Assembly (NCBI RefSeq): GCF_036321535.1
Contig: NC_087436.1
Coordinates: 74,154,001-74,218,000 of the forward strand
Length of the DNA stretch: 64,000 nt
Reading direction: 5' to 3'
From: Camelus dromedarius
Lineage: Eukaryota
This document shows positions 52,113 to 62,640 of this stretch, piece by piece. The notes below the pieces were generated by a model, which ran no database searches, was not told where the DNA came from, and was given only the letters and a program-made list of their open reading frames with translations. The translations under genes were made by a program, and so were the position numbers. The stretch's first letter is position 1. The number at the start of each line of letters is the position of its first letter.

Positions 52113-52688
52113 CCTGGGGAGGAAGGCCTGTGTTGCTGTGAAATTCCCTCTCAGGATTGCTTTTTTTTTGCATCCCATAGATTTTGTATGGTTGTGTTTT
52201 CACTGTCATTTGTCTCAAGATATTTTTTGAAGTTCCTCTTTGATTTCATCGTTGACCCATTGGTTTTTTAGTAGTATGTTGTTTAGTCTCCATGCAGTCT
52301 TTTTTTTTTTTTTTTTTCTCATTTCATTTCTGTGGTTGATTTCTAGTTTCATGCCATTGTGGTCAGAAAAGATGCTTGAAATAATTTCTATCCTCTTAAA
52401 TTTGTTGAGGCTTGTTTTGTGTTGAGTATGTAATCTATCCTAGAGACTGTTCCATGTGCACTGGAAAAGAATGTATATTCTGGGCTTTTGTGGTGTGTAA
52501 TGTCCTGAAAATACCAATTAAGTCTAACTGTTCTATTGTGTCATTTAGGATCTCTGTTGCCTTATTGATTTGCTGTCTGAAAGATCTGTCCATTGATGTT
52601 AGTGGGGTATTAGAGTCTCCTACTAAATCGTATTCCCATCAATTTCTCCTTTTATGTCTGTTAGTATTTGTTTTATGTACTTAGGTAC
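52113..52688 (-). mobile_element. Internally primed L1 ORF2 fragment (truncated at both ends)
   Basis: Homologous to ~56655-57212; no 3'UTR or poly(A); perfect TSD AGCCTGCAGTTT at 52101-52112 and 52689-52700. Confidence 0.85.
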
Positions 52689-52739
52689 AGCCTGCAGTTT
52701 TTCATGATGGTCACAGGAGAAGCTCAATCTCTGATGGGT

Positions 52740-53155
52740 TCTCTGCCCATTGTCTTGGGTCTTCGTGTCCCTAAAGTCAGTCCTGGCCACTCCCCAAAGA
52801 GGCTGACTCCTGAAAGCTTCATTTCTCAGTCTCCCCAGTCAACTGGCTGCTGGCAGGGTTTAGCCAATGGGAGATGGATGATTGGAGGGTGGGAAGAAGG
52901 CAGAGCCAGGGTTTTTCTCCTGTCCCTTCATCTCAGAGTCCATGACAATGCTTTATTTTTTCCACTGGACCCTGCCTGCCTTGGCTGCACTGGGCAGACC
53001 TCCCACTCCCTGGGGGTGTGGGCAGGGGCAGTGGCTTCCTGCCATGCCTGGGGAGCTCATCCTTTGTCTACATGACCAGATCTCTCTGTTCCATTCCCTC
53101 TGTTTTAAACACTTATAGTGATTTCTGTTTCCCTGGATTGACTCGGACTGATACC
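52740..53155 (+). mobile_element. ERVL LTR (LTR33-like)
   Basis: gggtttagccaatgggag...gattggagggtgggaagaa...tttctgtttccctggattgactcggactgatac. Confidence 0.7.
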
Positions 53156-53199
53156 TGAACCATTCTACCTTACCACAACTGGCAAGAAATCCATCCAGC

Positions 53200-53431
53200 A
53201 ATATATATTGAACATTTATTTTATGCCACAAACTGTGCTGGGTGCTGAGGACACAAAAATGAATAAGGCATCATCCCTGCCCTGGAGGAGCTTTACAGTC
53301 TGATTGAGGAGACAGACATGTAAGCAAAGAATCTGCGAGGCAGTGAAACACATTTATTAATGATATTTACGAAGTTCACAGCAGTACATGAGGCTGGAGG
53401 GAGACACGACTAACTTATAGGAGGGGAGAAT
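53200..53431 (-). mobile_element. L2 3' end (target of the young L1)
   Basis: atattgaacatttattttatgccacaaactgtgctgggtgctgaggacacaaaaatgaataag...ccctgccctggaggagctttacagtct. Confidence 0.8.
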
Positions 53432-53775
53432 CAAGAGGGGAAGATTTTTTTTTAAACATTTTTTATTGATTTATAATCATTTTACAATGTGTCAAATTCC
53501 AGTGTTCAGCACAATTTTTCAGTCATTCATGGACATATACACACTCATTGTCACATTTTTTTCTCTGTGAGTTATCATAACATTTTGTGTATATTTCCCT
53601 GTGCTATACAGTGTAATCTTGTTTATCTATTCTACAATTTTGAAATCCCAGGCTATCCCTTCCCACCCTCCACCCCCTGGTAACCACAAGTCTGTATTCT
53701 CTGTCTGTGAGTCTATTTCTGTCCTTTATTTACGCTTTGTTTTTGTTTGTTTGTTTTTGTTTTTGTTTTTGTTTT

Positions 53776-56700
53776 TTAGATTCCACATATGAGCGATCTC
53801 ATATGGTATTTTTCTTTCTCTTTCTGGCTTACTTCACTTAGAATGACATTCTCCAGGAGCATCCATGTTGCTGCAAATGGCATTATGTTGTCGGTTTTTA
53901 TGGCTGAGTAGTATTCCATTGTATAAATATACCACCTCTTCTTTATCCAGTCACCTGTTGATGGACATTGAGGCTGTTTCCATGTTTTGGCTATTGTAAA
54001 TAGTGCTGCTATGAACATTGGGGTGCAGGTGTCATCCTGAAGTAGATTTCCTTCTGGATACAAGCCCAGGAGTGGGATTCCTGGGTCATATGGTAAGTCT
54101 ATTCCTAGTCTTTTGAGGAATCTCCACACTGTTTTCCATAGTGGCTGCACCAAACTGCATTCCCAACAGCAGCGTAGGAGGGTTCCCCTTTCTCCACAGC
54201 CTCTCCAGCATTTGTCATTTGTGGATTTTTGAATGATGGCCATTCTGACTGGTGTGAGGTGATACCTCATTGTAGTTTTGATTTGCATTTCTCTGATAAT
54301 TAGTGATATTGAGCATTTTTTCATGTGCTTTTTGATCATTTGTATGTCTTCCTTGGAGAATTGCTTGTTTAGGTCTTCTGCCCATTTTTGGAATCGGTTG
54401 CTTGTTTTTTTCTTATTGAGTCGTATGAGCTGCTTATATATTCTGGAGATCAAGCCTTTGTCGGTTTCACTTGCAAAAATTTTCTCCCATTCCGTAGGTT
54501 TTCTTCTTGTTTTACTTCTGGTTTCCTTTGCTGTGCAGAAGCTTGTAAGTTTCATTAGGTCCCATTTGTTTATTCTTGCTTTTATTTCTTCTAGGAGAAA
54601 ATTTTTGAGATGTATGTCAGATAATGTTTTGCCTATGTTTTCCTCTAGGAGGTTTATTGTATCTTGTCTTATGTTTAAGTCTTTAATCCATTTTGAGTTG
54701 ATTTTTGTATGTGGTGTAAGGGAGTGTTCTAGCTTCATTGTTTTACATGCTGCTGTCCAGTTTTCCCAACACCATTTGCTGAAGAGACTGTTTTTGTTCC
54801 ATTGTATATTCTTGCCTCCTTTGTCGAAGATGAGTTGACCAAAAGTTTGTGGGTTCATTTCTGGGCTCTCTATTCTGTTCCATTGGTCTATATGTCTGTT
54901 TTGGTACCAATACCATGCTGTCTTGATGACTGTAGCTCTATAGTATTGTCTGAAGTCTGGGAGAGTTATTCCTCCAGCCTCTTTCTTTCTCTTCAGTAAT
55001 GCTTTGGCAATTCTAGGTCTTTGATGGTTCCATATAAATTTTATTATGATTTGTTCTAGTTCTGTGAAATATGTCCTGGGTAATTGGATAGGGATTGCAT
55101 TAAATCTGTAGATTGCCTTGGGCAGTGTGACCATTTTAACAATATTGATTCTTCCAATCCAAGAGCATGGAATATCTTTCCATTTTTTAAAGTCTTCTTT
55201 AATTTCCTTCATCAATCATTTATAGTTTTCTGTGTATAATTCTTTCACCTCCTTGGTTAGATTTATTCCCAGATATTTTATTACTTTGGGTGCTATTTTA
55301 AAGGGGATTGTTTCTTTACTTTCTTCTTCTGTTGATTTATCGTTAGTGTAAAGAAATGCAACTGATTTTTGAACGTTAATTTTGTAACCTGCTACCTTGC
55401 TGAATTCTTCAATCAGCTCTAGTAGCTTTTGTGTGGACCTTTTAGGGTCTTCTATATATAGTAACATGTCATCAGCATATAATGACACTTTTACCTCTTC
55501 TTTTCCAATTTGGATCCCTTTTATTTCTTTCTCTTGCCTGACTGCTGTGGCTAGGACTTCCAGGACTATGTTGAATAGGAGTGGTGATAGTGGGCATCCT
55601 TGTCTTGTCCCAGATCTTAGTGGGAAGCTTTTGAGTTTTTCACCATTGAGTACTATGCTGGCTGTAGGTTTGTCATATATAGCTTTTATTATGTTGAGAT
55701 ATGTTCCCTCTACCCACTTTGGCGAGAGTTTTTATCATAATTGGGTGTTGAATTTTATCAAATGCTTTTTCTGCATCGATTGAGATGATCATGTGGTTTT
55801 TGTCCTTTCTCTTGTTGATGTGATGTATTACACTGATTGATTTGCGTATGTTGAACCAGCCTTGTGTCCCTGGGATGAACCCCACCTGGTCATGATGTAT
55901 AATCTTTTTTATGTGTTGTTGGATTCTATTTGCTAAAATTTTGGTGAGGATTTTGGCGTCTATGTTCATCAGTGATATTGGCCTATAATTCTCTTTTTTT
56001 GTAGTGTCTTTGCCTGGTTTTGGTATCAGGGTGATGGTGGCTTCATAGAATGAGTTTGGGAGTATTCCCTCCTTTTCAATTGTCTGGAAGAGTTTGAGAA
56101 GGACTGGTATGAGTTCTTCTTTGTATGTTTGGTAGAATTCCCCGGTGAAGCCGTCCGGTCCTGGACTTCTATTTGTAGGGAGGTTTTTAATTGCTATTTC
56201 TATTTCCTTTCTAGTGATCGGATTGTTCAAGTGTTCAGATTCTTCTTGATTCAGTTTTGGTGGACAGTATGTTTCCAGAAACTTGTCCATCTCCTCTAGG
56301 TTATCCAGTTTGGTTCCATATAGTTTTTCATAATATTCTCGTATGATATTCTGTATTTCTATTTTGTTTGTTGTAATTTCTCCATTTTCCTTTCTTATTT
56401 TGCTAATTTGTGCTCTCTCTTTTTTCTTCTTTGTGAGTTTGGCCAGAGGTTTGTCGATTTTATTTACTTTTTCAAAAAACCAGCTTTTGGTTTGGTTGAT
56501 TTTTTCTATGGTCTTGTTAATCTCTATTGTATTTAATTCCTCTCTGATCTTTATTATTTCCTTCCTTCTGCTGCTTTTTGGGGCTTTTTGTTCTTCTTTT
56601 TCTAATTCATTCAGGTGGTGGGTTAAATTGTTTATTTGAGATTGTTCTTCTTTTTTGAGGAAGGCCTGTATCGCTATAAACTTCCCTCTTAGCACTGCCT

Positions 56701-57571
56701 TTGATGTGTCCCATAGGTTTTGAGTGGTTGTGCTTTCATTATCATTTGTCTCAAGGTATTTTTTAATTTCAGCTTTGATTTCCTCATTGATCCATTGTTT
56801 TTTCAATAACATATTGTTTAATCTCCATGCTTTCCTTTTTTTCTCCTTTGTTTCTCTGTTGTTGATTTCCAGTTTCATGGCATTGTGGTCAGTAAAGATG
56901 CTTGAGATAATTTCTATCTTCTTAAAATTGTTGACGTTTCTTTTGTGCCCAAGTACATGATCGATCTTGGAAAATGTTCCATGTGCACTTGAAAAGAATG
57001 TATATCCTATTTTTGGGGGGTGTAATGCTCTGAAAATATCCACCAAATCTAGTTTTTCTATTGTAGTATTTAATTTCTCTGTTGCCTTGTTTATTTTCTG
57101 TCTGGAAGATCTGTCTAGTCATGTTAATGCAGTGTTAAAATCTCCAACTATGATTGTATTCCCATCAATATCCCCCTTTATCTCTGTTAGTAATTCTTGT
57201 ATGTACTTAGGTGCTCCTATATTGGGTGCATATATATTAACAAGTGTAATATCCTCATCTTGTATCACTCCTTTAATCATTATAAAATGTCCTTCTTTAT
57301 CTTTCTTTATGGCCTTTGTTTTAAAGTCTATTTTGTCTGAAATCAGTACTGCAACACCTGCTTTTTTGGCTTTTCCATTTGCATGGAATATCCTTTTCCA
57401 TCCTTTCACTCTCAATCTATATGTGTCCTTCTCCCTAAAGTGGGTCTCTTGTATGCAGCATATTGAAGGTTCTTGCTTTATTATCCAGTCTGCCACTCTA
57501 TGTCTTTTGACTGGAGCATTTAGTCCATTAACATTTACAGTAATTAATGATAGATGTGTGTTTATTGCCAT
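53776..57571 (-). pseudogene. L1 ORF2p (APE endonuclease, reverse transcriptase, CCHC region), disrupted
   Basis: EN motifs NVNGLN, IQETH and GDFN; RT motifs PGPDGF, YRPISL and YADD; in-frame stops at ~57119 and ~55216, frameshift at ~55710. Confidence 0.95.
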
Positions 57572-57975
57572 TTTGAACTTATCTTTGCAGTTGAATTGGC
57601 ATATCCTCTTTGTTCCTTTCTTCTTCCTTTTGTGGTTTGGTAATTTTCCTTTGTATTTTCATGGATTTTATTTAATTTTTGTGACTCCTTTGTAAATTTT
57701 TGGCTTGTGGTTACCCTTTTTTGTAAATCTATTAACCCATTACTATAACTGTTTTTATTAAACTGATAGTAACATGATCTCAAACCCATCCTACTGTTAA
57801 AAAAATTTAAAAAAGAAAGAAAGAAATATTCTATATTTCCCTGCCTCCCTCTCCCACTCTCAGTGATTTGTATGTCTTCTTTTATAATTTCATGTTTACT
57901 TTATTTGTAATTCATGAGTTATCACCTTTCCAGTTGTGAGTTTCTCATTTCTGTAGCATCCTGCTGCTTTTCTAT

Positions 57976-58881
57976 TTAGAATAGCCCTTTCAATATTTCT
58001 TTTAGCATGGGTTTAGTGTTGCTAAACTCCTGCAGCTTTTTTTTTTTGTCTGTGAAACTCTTTATTTCTCCTTCTATCCTCAAGGATAGCCTTGCTGGAT
58101 AAAGGATCCTAGGCTGCATCTTTTTTTTCATTCAGGGCTTTGAATATATCTTGCCACTCCCTTCTGGCCTGTAGTGTTTGTGTAGAGAAATCAGCTGAGA
58201 GCCTTATGGGGGTTCCCTTGTAACTTACTCTTTGCTTTTCTTTTGCTGCCTTTAGAGTCCTTTCTTTATCCTTGACTCTGGCCATCTTGATTATGATATG
58301 TCTTGGTGTGGGTCTATTTGGGTTCTTCCTGTTTGGGACCCTCTGAGCTTCCTGTACTTGGATATCTGATTCCTTCTTTAAGTTTGGGAAGTTTTCAGTC
58401 ATGATTTCTTCAAAAACCTTTTCAATCCCCTTTGATCTTTCTTCTCCTTCTGGGACCCCTATTATGCGAAGATTGGGACGCTTTATGTTATCCCATAGGT
58501 CCCTTATGCTATTTTCATTATTTTTTATTTGCTTATCTTGTAGTTCTTCTGAATGGGTGCTTTCTATTGCCCTGTCTTCTAGATCACTAATTCTTCCTCT
58601 GCATTATCTAGTCGGCTTTGCACAGCTATTAGATCATTCCTCATCTCTGTCAATGAGTTTACCCATTCTACTTGGCTCTTCTTTATAGCTTCAATTTCTT
58701 TTTTGACATATTTTATATCTCTAAACACTATCTCTTTTAATTCCTTCAGCAATTCGATCACTCCTTTTTTGAAATCTTGATCTAGTAGGCTATCGATGTC
58801 TATTTCGTTGATCTTTCTTTCAGGGGATTTCTCTTGTTCTTTTAATTGGGAAAGGTTTTTCTGCTTCTTCATCTTGCTCAT
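57976..58881 (-). pseudogene. L1 ORF1p (RNA-binding protein), frameshifted
   Basis: Coiled-coil N-terminus, ENFPNL..RPTPRHIIIKM..PIRLSADFS..ARREW, ending LKGLF*; frameshifts at ~58590 and in homopolymer runs near 58120. Confidence 0.93.
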
Positions 58882-59289
58882 ACCTCTCTGGCACTGTGGT
58901 TTATGAAGTATCAGTTGTTTATTTTGGTCCTTAAGGATTTTATCTATCTAATACCTATTTAGGAATAAAACTTAGGAAAAAAAGAAAAAAAAAATAAGAG
59001 AGAGAGAAAGAATTTTAAAAGAAGGGAGAAAGAGGGTTTGAAAACAGTGTATAATGAATAATAGAAGAGCGAGTTGAAGCAGAGTATTAATCGGGTTGAG
59101 ACGTCCTTTTAAAACCTTTACAAAAAAAAGGGGGGGGAGATTAATAGATGTATTTGAAACCTGTGTCTAATCAATAACAGGACATCAAAACCCCAGAGAA
59201 GTAGAAATGAATTAAGAAGTAAAAATTAAGAGAGTAATAGAAAATAGAACAGGTAAAAACAGATTTAAAAAAAAAAAAGGGGGGGGTGG

Positions 59290-60587
59290 GTTTGTCGGTG
59301 TTCTCCTGGAGTCTGTGTGCTTTTAATGTGAAGTCTTTCTGTCTTCGTCCTGTTTTGGAAGCTCAGCTTGCTGTTTTCAGAGGCCCTCCGTTGGCGCCCT
59401 CTTCTGTGCTGCTCCCAGCACCTGTCGGCAAGCAGATCGCGCCTCCTCCTAACACTGGGTCAAGTTCAGCTCTCCTCTGCTGTGGGTGGGCAGGTCGCTG
59501 CCCCTCCGGATGCCGCAGTCAGATGTTGCAAACTGGCCGGGTAGGAGGGCGGGTCGTGCCCCCTCCCAGCACTTTGGTCAGGGGCTGTGTTCCTGCCCGA
59601 AAGGTGGGGGGGGGGGGGCCGCTCTCGCTCTACCTGCGCCGCCGGTAGCTCCGCTGCTCTGTGCGGCTGCGCGCCCCGCCCGGGTCGGCGCCCCTTCCTG
59701 GTCGGCGCTCCGCGGGTGGGCTGGGGGAAGACCGAGGGACAGCCTTGTCCCTGCTCCGAGCCAAAACCCAGCTCCTTGTTTGTCTTTGTGGAGCAAGTTC
59801 TCTGAGGGACCAGGATGGAAGGATCCTATCTGCCCTGGGCTGCAGGCCAGTCTCAGTCTGGCCTTTGAGGCTGCTAAGCCCTTCGGTGCGGACGCAGGTT
59901 TCACCCCCGCCCCCGCCTGGGTGCTCAGCGCGGAGGATATGGCGGCTGTGCATGAGCCCCGCCTCTCTTCCCCCGAAAACTTTCCGCGGGTTTTCAGAGA
60001 TGGGGGTGTGCACCCTTCCCCCGAGAGCACATCAACCTTGCTGTTTTATGGAGGGCCCAGGTTGTTCTGCCCTGTGCACCCACAGCCACGGCGTGCAGCC
60101 CCTTGCGTTCCCCCGGGGCTGCCTCCGTGCAGCCACTTCCGTCCTCCGCCCGGCTTGTGCAGCCTGGCCCTGCCCGCCGATGCCGGCCCGCGTCTCAGGC
60201 TGGGTGTCTGGGGGACGCTCTGTGCCCGTTTAACTTAGTTCTGTTAGTCAAGGGCTGCTCTGTAGATCCGAGCCTCGGAGGCTGCCCCTCCGTCCCGCTG
60301 GCCTCTCAGTTGGAGAGGGGAGACCCAGTGAGCGAGCGCCAGTCCTCCTTTGCCGCTCCCTCCCCGCGGGACCCATCCCGTGCTGCTTTGCCTTTTGTTC
60401 TTTCTTTTTTCCTTTTCTCCTACCAGATTTTTGGCATCTTTATCTTTTGAAGAGGGCGATGTTCTGTCGGAGTTCCACAGGTGCTCTGGTTGGCTGAGTG
60501 GGTCTGTAGATGTGGGTCTTGGTGTATTTGTGGGAGAGGGTGACCTGCGAGCGTCCTTCGACTCCGCCATCTTCTCCATCTCTCTGT
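59290..60587 (-). promoter_or_regulatory. Proximal L1 5'UTR CpG island / internal promoter
   Basis: GC- and CpG-dense; YY1 motif AAGATGGCGG (minus strand) at 60564-60573. Confidence 0.85.
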
Positions 60588-60847
60588 ACAGTCTTTAGGT
60601 CAGCTCTCATCTCAGCAAATGAGTTTACTAATTCTACTTGGTTCTTCTTTATAGCTTCTATTTCATTTTTGACATATTTTGTATCTCTAAACACTATTTC
60701 TTTTAGTTCCTTCAATACTTTTATCACTCCTTTTTTGAAATCTTGATCTAGTAGGCCATCAGTGTCTATTTCCTTGATCGTGCTTTCTGGGGATTTCTCT
60801 TAATCTTTTAATTGGGAGTGGTTCCTCTGCTTCTTCATATCGCTCAT
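60584..60847 (-). pseudogene. Second, truncated L1 ORF1 N-terminus (88 codons, one stop)
   Basis: MSDMKKQRNHSQLKD*EKSPE...DLKTVQ; 21 differences in 88 codons versus the proximal ORF1 by manual alignment. Confidence 0.9.
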
Positions 60848-61846
60848 ATCTCTCTGGCACTGTGGCTTAAGGAGTATCAGTTTTCTAGTTCTCCTGGAGA
60901 CAGTGTGCTCCTAATGATTTTATTGAGAGGTCTTTGTGTCTTTGCTCTTTTTCGCAAACTCAGCTTGCCATTTCCAGAGGCCCTTGGTTGGCGCCCTCAT
61001 CTGTGCTGCTCCCAGTGGCTGCTGGCTAGCAGATCGCGCCCCCTCCCAACACTGGGTCAGGTGCTGAGGTCTTACCTGGTGGGTGGGCGGGTCACTCCCC
61101 CTCCCGATGCCACAGTCAGATGCTGGGCTCAGGCAAGGCAGGTGGGTGGATCGCGCCCCCTCCCAGCATGGTGGTCAGGTGCTGCGTTCCTGCCAGGAAA
61201 GCGGGTTGCTGCCCCTCCTCTCCTGCCAGGAAAGCAGTTGCTGCCTGCTGCTCTGTGCAGCTACCCACTCCGCCTCCGGTCAGTGCTCTGAAGGCGGGAT
61301 CAGGGAAGACCGCAAAACGGCCCAGTCCCGCTCTGTGTCAAATCAACTCCTTGTTTGTCTTGGCGGCACGAGTTCTCTGAGGTGCCAGGGCAGAAAGATC
61401 CTATCTGCCTCGGGCGGTAAACAAGTCTCAGTCCTGCCTAGGAGGTTGCAGAGCCCCCGGGTGCGGATTCAGGGCTTGGCCCCGCCACAGCCCCCGCCCC
61501 CACCCAGGTGCTGCACACAGGAGGAGATGGCAGCTGTGGCTGCGCCCTGCCTCTCTTCTCGGGAGAAGCACCAGTAATGACGGCGCAGGTCTGAGGAGAC
61601 AAGGGCTACAGCGCTCCTCCACCCAGGGCACACCAGCCATCTTGCTTTGCTTTTGTTCTTTCTTTTTTCCTTTTCTCCTACCAGATTTTTGGCGTCTTTA
61701 TCTTTTGAAGAGGGCGATGTTCTCTCAGAGTTCCACAGGTGCTCTGGTTGGCTGAGTGGGTCTGTAGATGTGGGTCTTGGTGTATTTGTGGGAGAGGGTG
61801 ACCTGCGAGCGTCCTTCTACTCCGCCATCTTCTCCGTCTCTCTGTC
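60848..61846 (-). promoter_or_regulatory. Distal L1 5'UTR / internal promoter
   Basis: Homologous to the proximal 5'UTR; YY1 motif at 61822-61831 next to the TSD. Confidence 0.85.
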
Positions 61847-61879
61847 CAAGAGGGGAAGATTTTAAAGAGAAGGTAGTTT

Positions 61880-62150
61880 AATATTATGTTAAGACAATAT
61901 ACAGGCTCTGGAAACCAGATTCAAATCCTGACTCCAACATTAATAACTGTTAATGGAAACAAGTGGGGTTTTTTTGTTTGTTAGTTCTTTTTTTTTAACC
62001 TCATTATGTCTCAATGTCCTTATTGGTCAAAGTTGAATAATAATAATAAACACATCATAGTGTGATGTGAAGATTAAATGACTTAATAGATATAAAGCAC
62101 TTAATCCAGTGCCTAGCTCATGGAAAATCCTAAAAATATTGGCAATTATC
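61880..62150 (+). mobile_element. MIR SINE
   Basis: acaggctctggaaaccagattcaaatcctgactcc...gtgaagattaaatgacttaatagatataaagcacttaatccagtgcctagc. Confidence 0.8.
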
Positions 62151-62575
62151 ATGATTTTGTTGCTCGAACAGCAGGGAAAGTATAGGTGATCAGCTCCCAA
62201 AACAGCCCCTGGCACACAGCAGCTGCTTAACAGATATGGACTGACTCACTGAATGAATCAGCTGAATAAAAAATAAACGGATGAGTTTACTAAGCAAACA
62301 GTGAGAAGTGGGAAGAAGGGCATCCTGGGAACCGGGCAAAGGTGTGGTGGTTTGGAACACCACGAGTCTGATTGCTTTGGATATGCGTGACAGTCTTGTA
62401 TGAGTTTGATTCCTGTGAGGTTTTCCCCCTTGAACTCACCTCTGGCTGCAACGACCAAATCAAGGTCCTGGCCTCCAAAGTTGAACTGTCACCTTCCCCT
62501 TTCCGAAGGTTCTTCTTTTCAAAGTCAATAAAAAAAAACATTCAAGGAAGGCAGCCTAGAATGAGGTAGAGAGAC

Positions 62576-62640
62576 TAGGGGTGCCAGATTTAGCAAATAA
62601 AAATACATTGAGTTAAATGTGAATTTCAGATGAACAACAA
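62576..62640. mobile_element. MER53 half element
   Basis: taggggtgccagatttagcaaataaaaatac...gttaaatgtgaatttcagatgaacaac. Confidence 0.75.

Larger units (their letters stand above)
53449..61846 (-). mobile_element. Young full-length LINE-1 with a duplicated 5' end (8.4 kb)
   Basis: 3'UTR/poly(A), ORF2, ~400-bp spacer, ORF1, CpG-rich 5'UTR to ~60587, then a second ORF1 start and 5'UTR; TSD CAAGAGGGGAAGATTTT at 53432-53448 and 61847-61863; TT/AAAA endonuclease site. Confidence 0.97.

Noticed and set aside
54278..57695. Long + strand ORFs (186 aa, 242 aa and others)
   Set aside because: They are antisense shadows of L1 ORF2.
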